From NCBI GenBank assembly GCA_963697165.1, contig CAVOMX010000010.1, positions 1-64,000 of the forward strand: a stretch of 64,000 bases of DNA, given 5' to 3'. How positions within the stretch are numbered: position 1 is the first letter of the stretch; each line of letters begins with the position of its first letter. Origin of the DNA: Candidatus Bathyarchaeota archaeon. GTDB lineage: Archaea > Thermoproteota > Bathyarchaeia > Bathyarchaeales > Bathyarchaeaceae. The position numbers and the translations under genes are program-made. Under the pieces are notes generated by a model. That model was not told the DNA's origin, did not search any database, and worked only from the letters and a program-made list of their open reading frames with translations. Shown piece after piece: positions 54,326-64,000 of the stretch.

Positions 54326-54841
54326 TTGAGTTGTCCAAACTGTGGTAAAGAGATTCTTGATGAAGATTCCCCGTTTTGTCCCAATTGTGGAAAATCCCTT
54401 GCATCTGATGCTGATGGTATACAAAACGCATTTGAGGTGCAACAGAAAAGCACGGATTTGGTGCTTGCGGCAGCCATTTTAACAATAGTTGCAGCCGCCT
54501 TTTCGGCTGGCCTGGGATACATTGGAGTTTACCAATACACCTCTTTAGTTGCTTACTACGATTCCTCAATATTGACTGGGTTCTTGATTTTGGCTGCAGT
54601 TGGTTTGACTGTTTCTGCGTTTGCCATATTTGGAGGAATATTCATGCTGAAGCGGAAGTACATTAAAGTTTCAGTCTTAGGGGTTGCTCTCCTGCTGGTT
54701 TCAGTGGTTGCCAATTACGTGACTCTTCAACATTATAACTATGGTTTCTCGGACATCATAGTTATGTCTGAAATAGCGATACTCATACTCTCGGTCTTAA
54801 GCGGAGTCTTTGTTGCTACATCAAAGGCTGAATTCGCTTAA
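54326..54841 (+). CDS. zinc-ribbon membrane protein
   Basis: CPNCG..FCPNCG plus about four TMs. Confidence 0.8.
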   Translation: MSCPNCGKEILDEDSPFCPNCGKSLASDADGIQNAFEVQQKSTDLVLAAAILTIVAAAFSAGLGYIGVYQYTSLVAYYDSSILTGFLILAAVGLTVSAFAIFGGIFMLKRKYIKVSVLGVALLLVSVVANYVTLQHYNYGFSDIIVMSEIAILILSVLSGVFVATSKAEFA

Positions 54842-54993
54842 GCTAAAATCCTTTTTTTCTTTTTGAATTATCACCTCTTTAGACGAAACGACAACATAAT
54901 TAAAAATGGACTTGGTTTTTCCCAAGTTAAAAAAATTAGAAAATTTACCCATTGAACGTTGCTTAATACATCAATTTCAACAGGAAATGGGTG

Positions 54994-55230
54994 TTAATGC
55001 TTCTTGTTTCTGATTATTTCCTTGCATTTGTCTGCGAACTCGCACCAATCTAAACAAGACGCATCCTTTTCTTGTCTGATAACTTCTTTGCCGCATATGT
55101 CACAGACTCCACTATTCTCGTCGCTCCAAACCTCGACGCTTCCGGCGCAGTTTGGGCACTGAATATATTCTGGTTTAGGGCGAAGAAACTTTTTGATGCC
55201 CGGACACGATTCAGAGTTAGAACCTTCCAA
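54994..55230 (-). CDS. small Cys-rich metal-binding protein
   Basis: CPG..CPNC..EVWSDE..CDICG..SCLDWC..ADKC. Confidence 0.7.
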   Translation of the reverse strand: MEGSNSESCPGIKKFLRPKPEYIQCPNCAGSVEVWSDENSGVCDICGKEVIRQEKDASCLDWCEFADKCKEIIRNKKH

Positions 55231-55250
55231 TTTGTTTTCATCTCCAATGT

Positions 55251-55967
55251 TTAACCTTGCGATATTATTTCTCCCGTTATGCTGATTGTTTGTTGCTTCA
55301 AAGGAATTATCTTTCCAGAAAGCTCTAGAGCCTCTTTGACAATACGATTTAAACCAAAGCAGCACGGAACCTCCATGTTGACTATTGTAATACTGTGTAT
55401 GTTGGAAATTCGAAATATTTCAGCCAACTTGTTTCGGTAAAGAGTTGCATCATCAAGTTTAGGGCATCCAATAGCGAGAACTCTGCCTTTCAGCATTTCC
55501 TCATGAAAATCTGCGTACGCAAAAGGCACACAATCAGCAGCTATCAACAAATCAGCGTTTTCGAAAAAGGGTGCATTAGGTGGCAAAAGTTTTAGTTGGT
55601 ATGGCCAGTTAGAGATTCTGGACACCGTTTTTGCAGTTGTTGTTTCTGCGGGTTCGTTTTCGAGTTGCATCGCTTTCACTGATGGGCACATCATGGGAGT
55701 GGGACATGCAGAAGGGTCTGCTTTGGTTCTTTTTACGTTTTCTTCTGCTGCTTTTTCGTCGAATTCTTCTGCTTCTCTCTGTATTACGGTTATGGCGTTT
55801 TGGGGGCATTTGCCCAAGCAGGCTCCAAGGCCGTCACAGTATATGTCTTTAACTAGTCTGGCTTTTCCGTCAATTATCTGGATGGCTCCTTCGGCGCAGG
55901 AGGGTATGCATATTCCGCAGCCGTTACATTTCTTTTCATCAATTTTGACGATGTTTCGTAATACCAT
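55251..55967 (-). CDS. 4Fe-4S dicluster-domain protein
   Basis: CNGCGICIPSC, CDGLGACLGKCP, NWPYQL, GCPKLD and MEVPCC. Confidence 0.9.
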   Translation of the reverse strand: MVLRNIVKIDEKKCNGCGICIPSCAEGAIQIIDGKARLVKDIYCDGLGACLGKCPQNAITVIQREAEEFDEKAAEENVKRTKADPSACPTPMMCPSVKAMQLENEPAETTTAKTVSRISNWPYQLKLLPPNAPFFENADLLIAADCVPFAYADFHEEMLKGRVLAIGCPKLDDATLYRNKLAEIFRISNIHSITIVNMEVPCCFGLNRIVKEALELSGKIIPLKQQTISITGEIISQG

Positions 55968-55985
55968 CTGTTTTCATTCCTTTTT

Positions 55986-56228
55986 CTAATTGTAAATAAA
56001 ATACCACGGTTCTCTTGCTAGTTCATATGGTGTAAAGTGCATATTTGGTTTCTGTTCTTGTTTTTGTGTTATGAACACTGATTGGCTTTTTTCGAGGCGG
56101 TTTATTACTTCTTTAAAATCTATCTCGTTGACTTCGATTGATTCAATGTTTTGGTTTTTGTTATTTTTCAGGAAGAACAACTGAAAAGGGTTTTCTTTTT
56201 TCTTGTTTTCAATAATGCTTTTCATCAT
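55986..56228 (-). CDS. hypothetical protein
   Basis: ORF on the same strand upstream of the Fe-S gene; start uncertain. Confidence 0.45.
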   Translation of the reverse strand: MMKSIIENKKKENPFQLFFLKNNKNQNIESIEVNEIDFKEVINRLEKSQSVFITQKQEQKPNMHFTPYELAREPWYFIYN

Positions 56229-56412
56229 TTTTTTGTTCTCCTTTTTGTGTGGTTTTTCTATTGTGTTGAGATAAATTTCATATGAATATATATTCATATG
56301 TGTTTTATAAGGATTATGGCACACCAAAAACAAAAACGCGTCATCAACCTCTACAAAAAATTTATAACAGCGTTATAACAAGATTATATCACAACAAAAG
56401 TTGGAGATTTTT

Positions 56413-56832
56413 ATGCCAGACAAAAAGAAACTTGCAATAATCGTTCACAGCGGCACCATAGACAAACTCCTCTGCGCCTTCACACTTGGCTCCACCGCAG
56501 CATCCATGGACATAGAGACACATCTATACTTCACGTTCTGGGGACTCAACATGCTCAAGAAGGGAGCCATGGAAAAAGCAGGACTCCCAGCAACCTACAA
56601 GCAACACGAAGAAATGCTGAAAACAAAACTGAAAGAGATGAACTACCCCACACCCTATGAGATGCTTAAACGGATGAAGGCCACAGGAAACGTCAAAATC
56701 TATGCATGCAGCCCCACGATGGAGATGTTCGGGGTAACAAAGGACACACTAATTCCTGAAGTAGATAAAATCGCAGGTGCAGCAGCCTTCCTAGACATAG
56801 CCGCAGACGCGGACATAAGCCTCCTAATCTAA
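56413..56832 (+). CDS. DsrE/DsrF/DrsH-like family protein
   Basis: LYFTFWGL, IYACSPTM and AGAAAFL. Confidence 0.88.
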   Translation: MPDKKKLAIIVHSGTIDKLLCAFTLGSTAASMDIETHLYFTFWGLNMLKKGAMEKAGLPATYKQHEEMLKTKLKEMNYPTPYEMLKRMKATGNVKIYACSPTMEMFGVTKDTLIPEVDKIAGAAAFLDIAADADISLLI

Positions 56833-56989
56833 AAAAGCCCCAAAGAAGCACACCTCACCCCCTTTTTTTGCTTTAAACCATTAACGCCGACCACAAGAAA
56901 ACAGCCAGAAACGATTTAAACTATTTAGCCACAAAGATCCTCTATATTATAGCAAGTTTTGTTGCAAAAAGGTCAACGAGGCTATTTTC

Positions 56990-58711
56990 ATGACAAAAAC
57001 CAAAGTTTCATGGCTACAATGGTGCGAAGAATCATTTAGAAAGGCACAAGACATTGATAAGCCAATTCTTTTAGGCATCAGCGCTGTTTGGTGCCACTGG
57101 TGCCACGTCATGGACCAGACCACATATTCTGACAACGAAGTTGCACGACTCATCGAAGACAGGTTTGTGCCCATAAGGGTGGATCGAGACCAGCGACCTG
57201 ACATAGATAAAAGATACAACATGGGAGGCTGGCCCAGCACCGCTTTTCTGACCCCAGACGGCGAGGTTCTAACTGGCGGTACATACATTCCCCCGCAGCA
57301 GATGGCGGCTTTACTTGAGCAGGTAAGTCTTCATTACCAGAAAAACAAAGTTAGTCTGAAAACCAGAATAAAGTTAACAGAAAAAGAGACACAAAAATCT
57401 TCACAAGCATATAGTCTGGACCGTGAGGATTTCCAGTCAGTTATTGATGGCTTGACGCTTGGAATTGCTTCACGGTTTGACTCTCTCCATGGAGGTTTTG
57501 GTGATGCGCCCAAGTTTCCTCACACTGGGGCATTGAGGTTGGCGCTACTGCAGCACCACCTGAAGGGTCATAAAGCAGCATTAAACATCGTGAAGAAAAC
57601 GTTGACTGCGATGGGGTCTGGCGGCATCTACGATAGTGTAGAGGGCGGCTTCTTTCGTTATTCGACCACCCGTGACTGGAGTGTACCCCACTACGAGAAG
57701 ATGTGTGAAGATAACGCTAAACTTCTCGTCAACTACTTAGAAGCGTATCAGGTTACAGGAGAGAAACATTTCAGGGACACCGCCAAGGGAATATTGACGT
57801 ATATTAACGCTAAACTTAGTGACCAAGAAAATGGTGGATTTTTTGGTAGCCAAGACGCTGATGAAGTTTATTACAAGCTAAGTCTAGCCGAACGGCAGAA
57901 TAGAACTCCGCCTAGAATAGACAGGACATTATTTGTTAACTGGAATGCCATGATGGTTTCGGCTTATCTACTGGCTGCATTGGCTCTTGAGGAACCATCA
58001 TGTCAGGAGTTTGCTCTGCGGACGGTTGTCATGTTATTGGAAAAGGCATTCAGTCCCAATAAAGGAATGAAGCATTACATAATTGAGGACGAGAGTCATC
58101 TTTCAGGTCTTATCGCCGATCAGGCGTACATGAGCCAATGCTTGATCGACAGTTACCAGATGACCTCAGATAGAACGTTTCTAAAGAAGGCAGAGAACCT
58201 TGCAGAATTCATGTTAGACAACCTGTGGGACAACAATGGAGGCTTCTATGACAAGCCAAAGGAGAATTATGCTTTTGGGGCTTTGAAGCTCCTGGACAAG
58301 CCCCTTGACGAAAACAGCGTAGCAGCCGAGGCATTCTTGAGGCTTTATCACTTAACAGGTAAACAGAATTACCTGCAAGTCGCAGAGAAAACGTTGGAGC
58401 ATTTTGCTTCAACCTATCAGCAATACGGTATTATGGCAGCTGATTATGGCGTATCTGTTGAGCAGTTTCTTCATCCAATGCATGTGCAAATAGTTGGTTC
58501 CAGAAAAGACGATGCGACAAATAATTTGCGAGTTGAGAGCCTTAGAGCATATAATCCTCTGAAGATCGTGGAAATGTTAGACCCTGTTCTAGACGCTGAC
58601 AGATTGAAGGTTCTTGGGTACCCAGTTGCAGATTTGCCCATGGCATACGTCTGCTTTGAGGGAAAATGTACTTCGGTTAAGAATCCAAAAGAACTTTCAG
58701 AAAAGATTTGA
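56990..58711 (+). CDS. YyaL/SSP411-like thioredoxin-domain (DUF255) protein
   Basis: WCHWCHVM, GGWPST, APKFP and PHYEKM. Confidence 0.92.
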   Translation: MTKTKVSWLQWCEESFRKAQDIDKPILLGISAVWCHWCHVMDQTTYSDNEVARLIEDRFVPIRVDRDQRPDIDKRYNMGGWPSTAFLTPDGEVLTGGTYIPPQQMAALLEQVSLHYQKNKVSLKTRIKLTEKETQKSSQAYSLDREDFQSVIDGLTLGIASRFDSLHGGFGDAPKFPHTGALRLALLQHHLKGHKAALNIVKKTLTAMGSGGIYDSVEGGFFRYSTTRDWSVPHYEKMCEDNAKLLVNYLEAYQVTGEKHFRDTAKGILTYINAKLSDQENGGFFGSQDADEVYYKLSLAERQNRTPPRIDRTLFVNWNAMMVSAYLLAALALEEPSCQEFALRTVVMLLEKAFSPNKGMKHYIIEDESHLSGLIADQAYMSQCLIDSYQMTSDRTFLKKAENLAEFMLDNLWDNNGGFYDKPKENYAFGALKLLDKPLDENSVAAEAFLRLYHLTGKQNYLQVAEKTLEHFASTYQQYGIMAADYGVSVEQFLHPMHVQIVGSRKDDATNNLRVESLRAYNPLKIVEMLDPVLDADRLKVLGYPVADLPMAYVCFEGKCTSVKNPKELSEKI

Positions 58712-58721
58712 GGACAATACA

Positions 58722-59384
58722 GTGGAACAAAAAACGAACGATCCAGAACTTGACGCCAAGACCCGGGTCATGAAAATTATTGGGTTGCTAGAAAAGGAGT
58801 ACCCAGACGCAAAAACTTCTCTAGATTACAAGAATCCTCTTGAGATTGTGGTAGCCACTATCCTTTCTGCCCAATGCACAGACAAAAGAGTCAACATTGT
58901 CACGAAATCTCTCTTCAAAAAATACAGAACCGCAACAGATTACGCCAACTCCGATTTAGGGGAGCTAGAGGAGGATGTTCGGTCTACTGGATTCTACAGA
59001 AACAAAGCCAAGAACATAAAGAATACTGGGCGGATGCTGGTTGAAAAATATGATTCGCAGGTTCCCCAGACGATGAGTGAGCTACTTGAGTTGCCTGGTG
59101 TTGCCCGAAAAACAGCTAATATTGTTTTATCTAACGCTTACGGAGTTATCGTAGGAATAGCTGTAGATACCCATGTTCGTAGACTATCCAAAAGGCTCGG
59201 GTTGACAGAGAATACGAATCCAGACAAGATCGAAACAGACCTCATGCAAATAGTTCCGAAAACTCAATGGAAGAGAATCACAGACTTGCTGATATTTCAT
59301 GGAAGAAACTTTTGCACAGCAAGAAAACCAAAATGTGGCATTTGTGTTTTGAACAAGATTTGCCCCTCAGCATTCAAAGCCTAG
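58722..59384 (+). CDS. nth: endonuclease III
   Basis: LSAQCTD, HhH LPGVARKTAN, VDTHV and the C-x6-C-x2-C-x5-C Fe-S motif. Confidence 0.95.
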   Translation: MEQKTNDPELDAKTRVMKIIGLLEKEYPDAKTSLDYKNPLEIVVATILSAQCTDKRVNIVTKSLFKKYRTATDYANSDLGELEEDVRSTGFYRNKAKNIKNTGRMLVEKYDSQVPQTMSELLELPGVARKTANIVLSNAYGVIVGIAVDTHVRRLSKRLGLTENTNPDKIETDLMQIVPKTQWKRITDLLIFHGRNFCTARKPKCGICVLNKICPSAFKA

Positions 59385-59628
59385 AAAACAAAACTGAAAG
59401 AGACAGGAAAAGAGAGCTTCTTTATGTTTCCTAGTTTTTCAGAAAAAAGCTAGTTTTGGAAGATTAACTACCGTAAAAAATTATCTTCGGCATTAAATTG
59501 CGTTTTAGCCGGAATTCTATTTTTCTTCGAAGTTAATCGTTGAAAAAGAATTTTTAACCCAAGCAGACGTTGATATACATAACAAATCTTTAATAAAATT
59601 AGATATATACAAGTTTTGAGGATTCAAT

Positions 59629-60179
59629 TTGACTGAAATAAAAGCTCCAAATTGGCTTCGTGCTTTTGATGTTATTTTTGGTTTAATTTCAGTAGTTTTG
59701 TCTGTTATGGTTTTAGCTTTTCAAGAACTTACTATTTTAACTTTGATATTTATTCTATCTTTTGTTTTGTTGTTTTTGGGCATTGCTAGGGTTTTTGGAG
59801 GAATATTCGCTATATATCTTACAGGTAAAATTCGTGCATTAAACGTTGGAATCGGTTTAGTAGCCATAGTTATGGCAATATTGGCGCTAGTTTATCCCAA
59901 TCTGACAATTCAATTCCTGATTTACATCATATCCTTTGCTCTACTTCTAAATGGAGTTGCTAGATTTGTAATCGGGGGTTTTGCAAAAGCGTTCCCAAAA
60001 TGGGTAAGAGGATTCTTCATTGTCATTGGTCTTCTAACCATAGGGTTGTCTATTGTTGTCTTTGTGTACCAGAGTTGGGTTTTCTTGCTTTGATATTAAT
60101 GCTTTCAATCACATTCATGATCAATGGATTAGCTAGAATTCTTCAGGGAATAATTGGCACAACAGAAGAAGAATGGTAA
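59629..60179 (+). CDS. HdeD/DUF308-like membrane protein (frameshift ~60070)
   Basis: Repeated TM hairpins with GIAR/GVAR/GLAR motifs. Confidence 0.7.
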
Positions 60180-60276
60180 CTTGTAGCTCGACTAACTGTG
60201 TTGGAAACTAGATCTAGTTTAGATTCAATTTGTGCTTTTTATAAAAACTGATCACAACTTTTTGGAATATAATTTG

Positions 60277-61212
60277 TTAGAAAGAAAGGTGTGTTAGAAT
60301 TAGCACGATTATTACAGTAATTATTAGAATGGGTAATATTTTTAGAGCCTTTTGGTTGAATTTTGTTGCCTCTTCTATTCTCTTTTTATCTACAAGTCGC
60401 ATGATATAGACGGATACAGAAAGGTTGTATAGAAAAAGCACGTAGATGCCAATCATCATTCTGTCAGCAAATGTCAGATAGCCAGTTGGAGGAATCCCAT
60501 TTACAAGAGAGAGATGGAATGCTGTGGCAGAAAGCAGTGTTGTAACTCCTAAACCGATACGTTGGGCAAAATTGTTTGGCGATATAAAGAAAGCAAGCAA
60601 AGCAATGGTAGTTATTACAGAAATTGGTAAAACACTCTTAACAAAAGCTGAAACTATAGGTCGTTCTAAGATTAGTTTAGAATTAAAACGTGAATATGAT
60701 TCAGCTCCATAAGAATGCTCATCAATTATGGTATCGAAGTTTACTATATTCCATCCCGTGACAGTAGCTTCCGGGTCAATTGTCGCACTTTCTGAAACAT
60801 AGAGTAGTTGGGATGAATTAAGTGCCTTATGATCTAAGTGAATGGATAAATCCTGATTTTCAAAGGGATAATGTGTGAAATCAAAAGTTTTAATGAAATC
60901 GCCTCTAACCCTGTATTCTAAATAGCCTTCATCCGGTTCCGCAGCTATTTCGTATTTTGTTGGTGCACCGTTGATAAATTCAAACTCTTTAATGTCCATC
61001 AAGCTTATCTGAGAAGGGTCAAAATTGAACCATAAATAGAAATCTAATTTAAAGCTACTCGCAGCTAAATCCACTTTTTCAACATTAACTAACCAAATCC
61101 CCACCTCAACTTCCGTGGCAGTTTCTGCTTTCACCTTTCCAATTTGTGGAAGAGAAACAAGTATAACAGAAAATAAAAAGAAAAATAGGATAGTTGATGC
61201 AAGCTTTTTCAT
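60277..61212 (-). CDS. pentameric ligand-gated ion channel homolog (GLIC/ELIC-like)
   Basis: Signal peptide, FKLDFYLWF, Pro-loop FTHYPFENQ, GW, four TMs with M2 RIGLGVTTLLS and PPTGYLT. Confidence 0.85.
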   Translation of the reverse strand: MKKLASTILFFFLFSVILVSLPQIGKVKAETATEVEVGIWLVNVEKVDLAASSFKLDFYLWFNFDPSQISLMDIKEFEFINGAPTKYEIAAEPDEGYLEYRVRGDFIKTFDFTHYPFENQDLSIHLDHKALNSSQLLYVSESATIDPEATVTGWNIVNFDTIIDEHSYGAESYSRFNSKLILERPIVSAFVKSVLPISVITTIALLAFFISPNNFAQRIGLGVTTLLSATAFHLSLVNGIPPTGYLTFADRMMIGIYVLFLYNLSVSVYIMRLVDKKRIEEATKFNQKALKILPILIITVIIVLILTHLSF

Positions 61213-61240
61213 GGCATTCCCACTATCCGGATTTTTTGAT

Positions 61241-61931
61241 TTATAGCTTTCGTCTATACAATATTCCAATGATTGCCACTGAAACCAACAATATCAATAA
61301 TAGCGACCAAGATGGAAATTCTGGGATTGGTTCAACCTCGAAGATGTTGGTGTCAATAATGGTGTATGAGTTAGTATAGGTTACTGCTGATTCAATTATG
61401 TTTATTTTCATTTCAAATTCTATGTTCATTCCAGAAGCCTTATCGTATATGTAAGCGAATGTGGTATCCTGACCTGCGTAGGAGTAAGTGAAATTGAGGA
61501 TGTTGACGCTTCGACTGGTACCTAGAATCGTTCTGGTTTCTGTTTTGTTGATTGTATCAGTCGCTGCTACGTTGAGTATTTTGTCGCCTTGGTTCAGGTT
61601 TGCTGCTATGATGTATCTTTGCCACATATTAAATCCCCCCTCTTCAATATTACATATGATCTCAGAGGATGGAAGAGCAGTTCCATTCATGTATGCTCCA
61701 GTTGTACGCAGAGTAACTTCCTTTCCAGAAACTCTAATTACCTCCATCATACTCCAGTCCGGGCTGAATTACTGATTCTGCTGGAGTTGTCACCAAGTAA
61801 TCGCCGTATTTGATCCATTGTCCCACTGAAACACCAGGATTATATTCCACAGCAAATACGGGAGCAACGAAAGCTACAGTTAGGAGAATGCAAACTAAAG
61901 GAAATGCAATTTTTAATCTCAAGTTCTTCAT
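61241..61931 (-). CDS. secreted protein with PEF-CTERM-like sorting signal (frameshift ~61750)
   Basis: Signal peptide in 61734..61931; C-terminal IPEFP + TM + RRK. Confidence 0.75.
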
Positions 61932-62719
61932 TTTCTAGTATTCCCTCCTGTTCCTGCTCTATTACCTTTAGACTTTTTACCGAACTGAAATCCGCCCTGA
62001 CCACTTTTTTGGTCAGCTATCGATCTGGCGGTGTTTTCTACTCGTTGGTGAAGTAATTCCCATAGCCAATCAGTGAATTCTCGCAGGTTCTTGGTTTGTA
62101 TCCAAACTTCTCCAGGTCCATAGATTTCGGTAACTAATCCTTCTCCGCCTAATATTGTAGATTTTAATCCACCGAACTTCTTGACATCATATTTGCATGT
62201 ATCGTCGAAGGCTACTAAGTGATAGTTATCTACAACCAAAGATTCTCCACTCTTGAGGCTATGATGATCCATAGCTCCAAAAGCGTTCACGAACATTTGC
62301 CCTTCTCCAGAAATCTTAAGCATAAACAGGCTTTGACCAAAAAGACCCTTCTTGAATCCTTGCCATTCGGTATCTAAGTGAACATCCTTTGTTGAAGCTA
62401 CATAAGAAGACTTTTGGAGAATGAGGCCTTTTCCAGCTTTTACCTCGAAGGGTTGTATATCTCCCACAGGTGCTGGAACAAATCCGACCTTACCTGAGCT
62501 CTTCTCTGCAATATATTCATTAACAAAGAATGATTCTGAACCCAACAGAGTTGTTTTTATGGTTTTCCATATGCTCTTCTCCTCCCTCTTCCTTGTCTTG
62601 ACGTTGATATGAGGAGTCATGTAAACCATTGCGCCAGCTTCTGCTACAATAATCTCATTAGACTCTAAACTAACATCTAATAGCGAGTATGCAGGACTGT
62701 ATTTAATTTCATATTTCAT
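61928..62719 (-). CDS. AIM24/TIGR00266-family protein
   Basis: AEAGAMVYM, ESFFVNEY, VVDNYHLVAF and GGEGLV..GPG.V.IQT. Confidence 0.9.
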   Translation of the reverse strand: MKYEIKYSPAYSLLDVSLESNEIIVAEAGAMVYMTPHINVKTRKREEKSIWKTIKTTLLGSESFFVNEYIAEKSSGKVGFVPAPVGDIQPFEVKAGKGLILQKSSYVASTKDVHLDTEWQGFKKGLFGQSLFMLKISGEGQMFVNAFGAMDHHSLKSGESLVVDNYHLVAFDDTCKYDVKKFGGLKSTILGGEGLVTEIYGPGEVWIQTKNLREFTDWLWELLHQRVENTARSIADQKSGQGGFQFGKKSKGNRAGTGGNTRK

Positions 62720-62859
62720 TTTATTTTTAACTCCTACTTTATGCTGCTCTTGCAGCAAAATTCATGTACCTAAAAGCAGCTTATAACCCGCGCTCACGAT
62801 AAGTGAGTGCCATTTTGCCAAAAAAACAAACAAAACTTGAACAAAAAAATTATCATTAT

Positions 62860-63138
62860 CTAGCTGTAGCTGAGCCCCATGTGTTTCATGAAATCAAGAA
62901 CTGCTTCATACTCTTTTATGTACTGTTTACCCTTTTCCGTTAATCTTAGTGGGGGTTCATCAACAATCAAACCTAGTTTCTTAAGTTCAGTTAAGTAAAC
63001 TTTTAGGCGATCAAAAGGAACATTTGTTTTCAATTGAACACGAGTGAGGACAACCTTTTCGGCTCTAGCTTCCCCATAAAGAATAGTCAGCAGATCTCCG
63101 TAGATCTTTAATTTATCTCTGCGCGGAAGCCTCCTCAT
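62860..63138 (-). CDS. archaeal winged-helix DNA-binding protein
   Basis: RRDKLKIYGDLL...YLTELKKLGLI...LTEKG. Confidence 0.8.
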   Translation of the reverse strand: MRRLPRRDKLKIYGDLLTILYGEARAEKVVLTRVQLKTNVPFDRLKVYLTELKKLGLIVDEPPLRLTEKGKQYIKEYEAVLDFMKHMGLSYS

Positions 63139-63820
63139 TCCAAATCCCTTCTTTTGGGAACGCTTGCTTTGAACCAAAGAATGTCTGATAGACTACAAAT
63201 ACAAAAACCAATAAACCTGCTATTCGAAGAATGTGCGCTCCCACATTTGCTACAAAGACTGTCTCAAGGGACCAAATCAGAGAGGAGTACTGACCAAAAG
63301 CAAGCAACAGATAACTTAGAGGAATCCAAAACGTCTTAGAATCAGGTTTTGATAAATGCCTTCTCAAGGTATGCACAAAAATGTATGACAGGCAAAGTAT
63401 GTTGAAGAGTTTGAAGTATTCATCTACAGTCTTGTAGCTAGGTAATTCTAACATTGGGGGTTCGAAAACAATTAAGTATGAAATAACAGCAACGAAAATT
63501 AATCCAGCGTAAGTAATATTCCACCTTATGTTTTTGTGTTTTGAAGATTTGGAAAAAAAGTATGTTATAGCAAGAAATGCGAATGCGTAGGCTTGAGTGA
63601 CAAGCTGAAGCCACTTGATTTCTTCAACAAAAAGAAAAGACTCGAAGTAATAAGCGAATCCCATGAATATGTATGATAATCCTAAGAAAGCAAAACCTAA
63701 TGGTAATCCAAGGTAACGAGCTTCATGTGTAACCCGATAAGGTCTTATCATATATTTTAGTAAGGCTAAGCAAAGTGTTGCAGAAATAATTTCAGCTAGG
63801 ATCAAAGCAGCATTTTCCAT
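63113..63820 (-). CDS. multi-pass (~7 TM) membrane protein, putative sensor
   Basis: About seven hydrophobic segments; overlaps the downstream wHTH gene. Confidence 0.7.
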   Translation of the reverse strand: MENAALILAEIISATLCLALLKYMIRPYRVTHEARYLGLPLGFAFLGLSYIFMGFAYYFESFLFVEEIKWLQLVTQAYAFAFLAITYFFSKSSKHKNIRWNITYAGLIFVAVISYLIVFEPPMLELPSYKTVDEYFKLFNILCLSYIFVHTLRRHLSKPDSKTFWIPLSYLLLAFGQYSSLIWSLETVFVANVGAHILRIAGLLVFVFVVYQTFFGSKQAFPKEGIWNEEASAQR

Positions 63821-64000
63821 ACTCCTCACTCTATTTTAATTTCTTTATCTTTCTTTCTATAAACCTGAACTCACGTATCGTGAGTGTTTTTTAAATAATC
63901 GTCCTCGAGCATCAGACTATGCATCTAGTTTGAAATAAAATGGAGTTGAAAAAAATGAAAATATTAAACAAAATCGCCATCATCCTGACAGCCCTTGTTG

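Overview
Archaeal genomic window, most likely TACK and probably Bathyarchaeia. This is inferred from the integrase family, rpl14e-cbf5, the archaeal PEP carboxylase and the BHB introns. Many single-base frameshifts, several in homopolymer runs, suggest long-read assembly errors. The left ~26 kb is an integron-like cassette array. About 16 co-oriented, imperfect ~85-bp repeats, each made of the 3' end of tRNA-Pro(GGG) fused to a conserved non-tRNA arm, separate small integrase-free gene cassettes (hcp, HerA-like ATPase, methyltransferase, MDR dehydrogenases, wHTH/ABC modules, CPBP protease and others, with katG just beyond the distal repeat). The array ends at the intact tRNA-Pro (25806-25884), which is overlapped by a truncated tyrosine integrase, followed by a terminase fragment and a clan-CD peptidase. 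The right ~34 kb looks like core genome: rpl14e, cbf5 with a canonical 21-nt bulge-helix-bulge intron in the catalytic Asp codon, a tRNA-Ser(GGA) with three introns, ppcA, an S-layer-like gene, an XPD helicase, a heliorhodopsin cluster, an Smc5/6-like SMC-kleisin-kite operon, nth and a pentameric ligand-gated ion channel homolog. Repeat boundaries were read by eye and are approximate.
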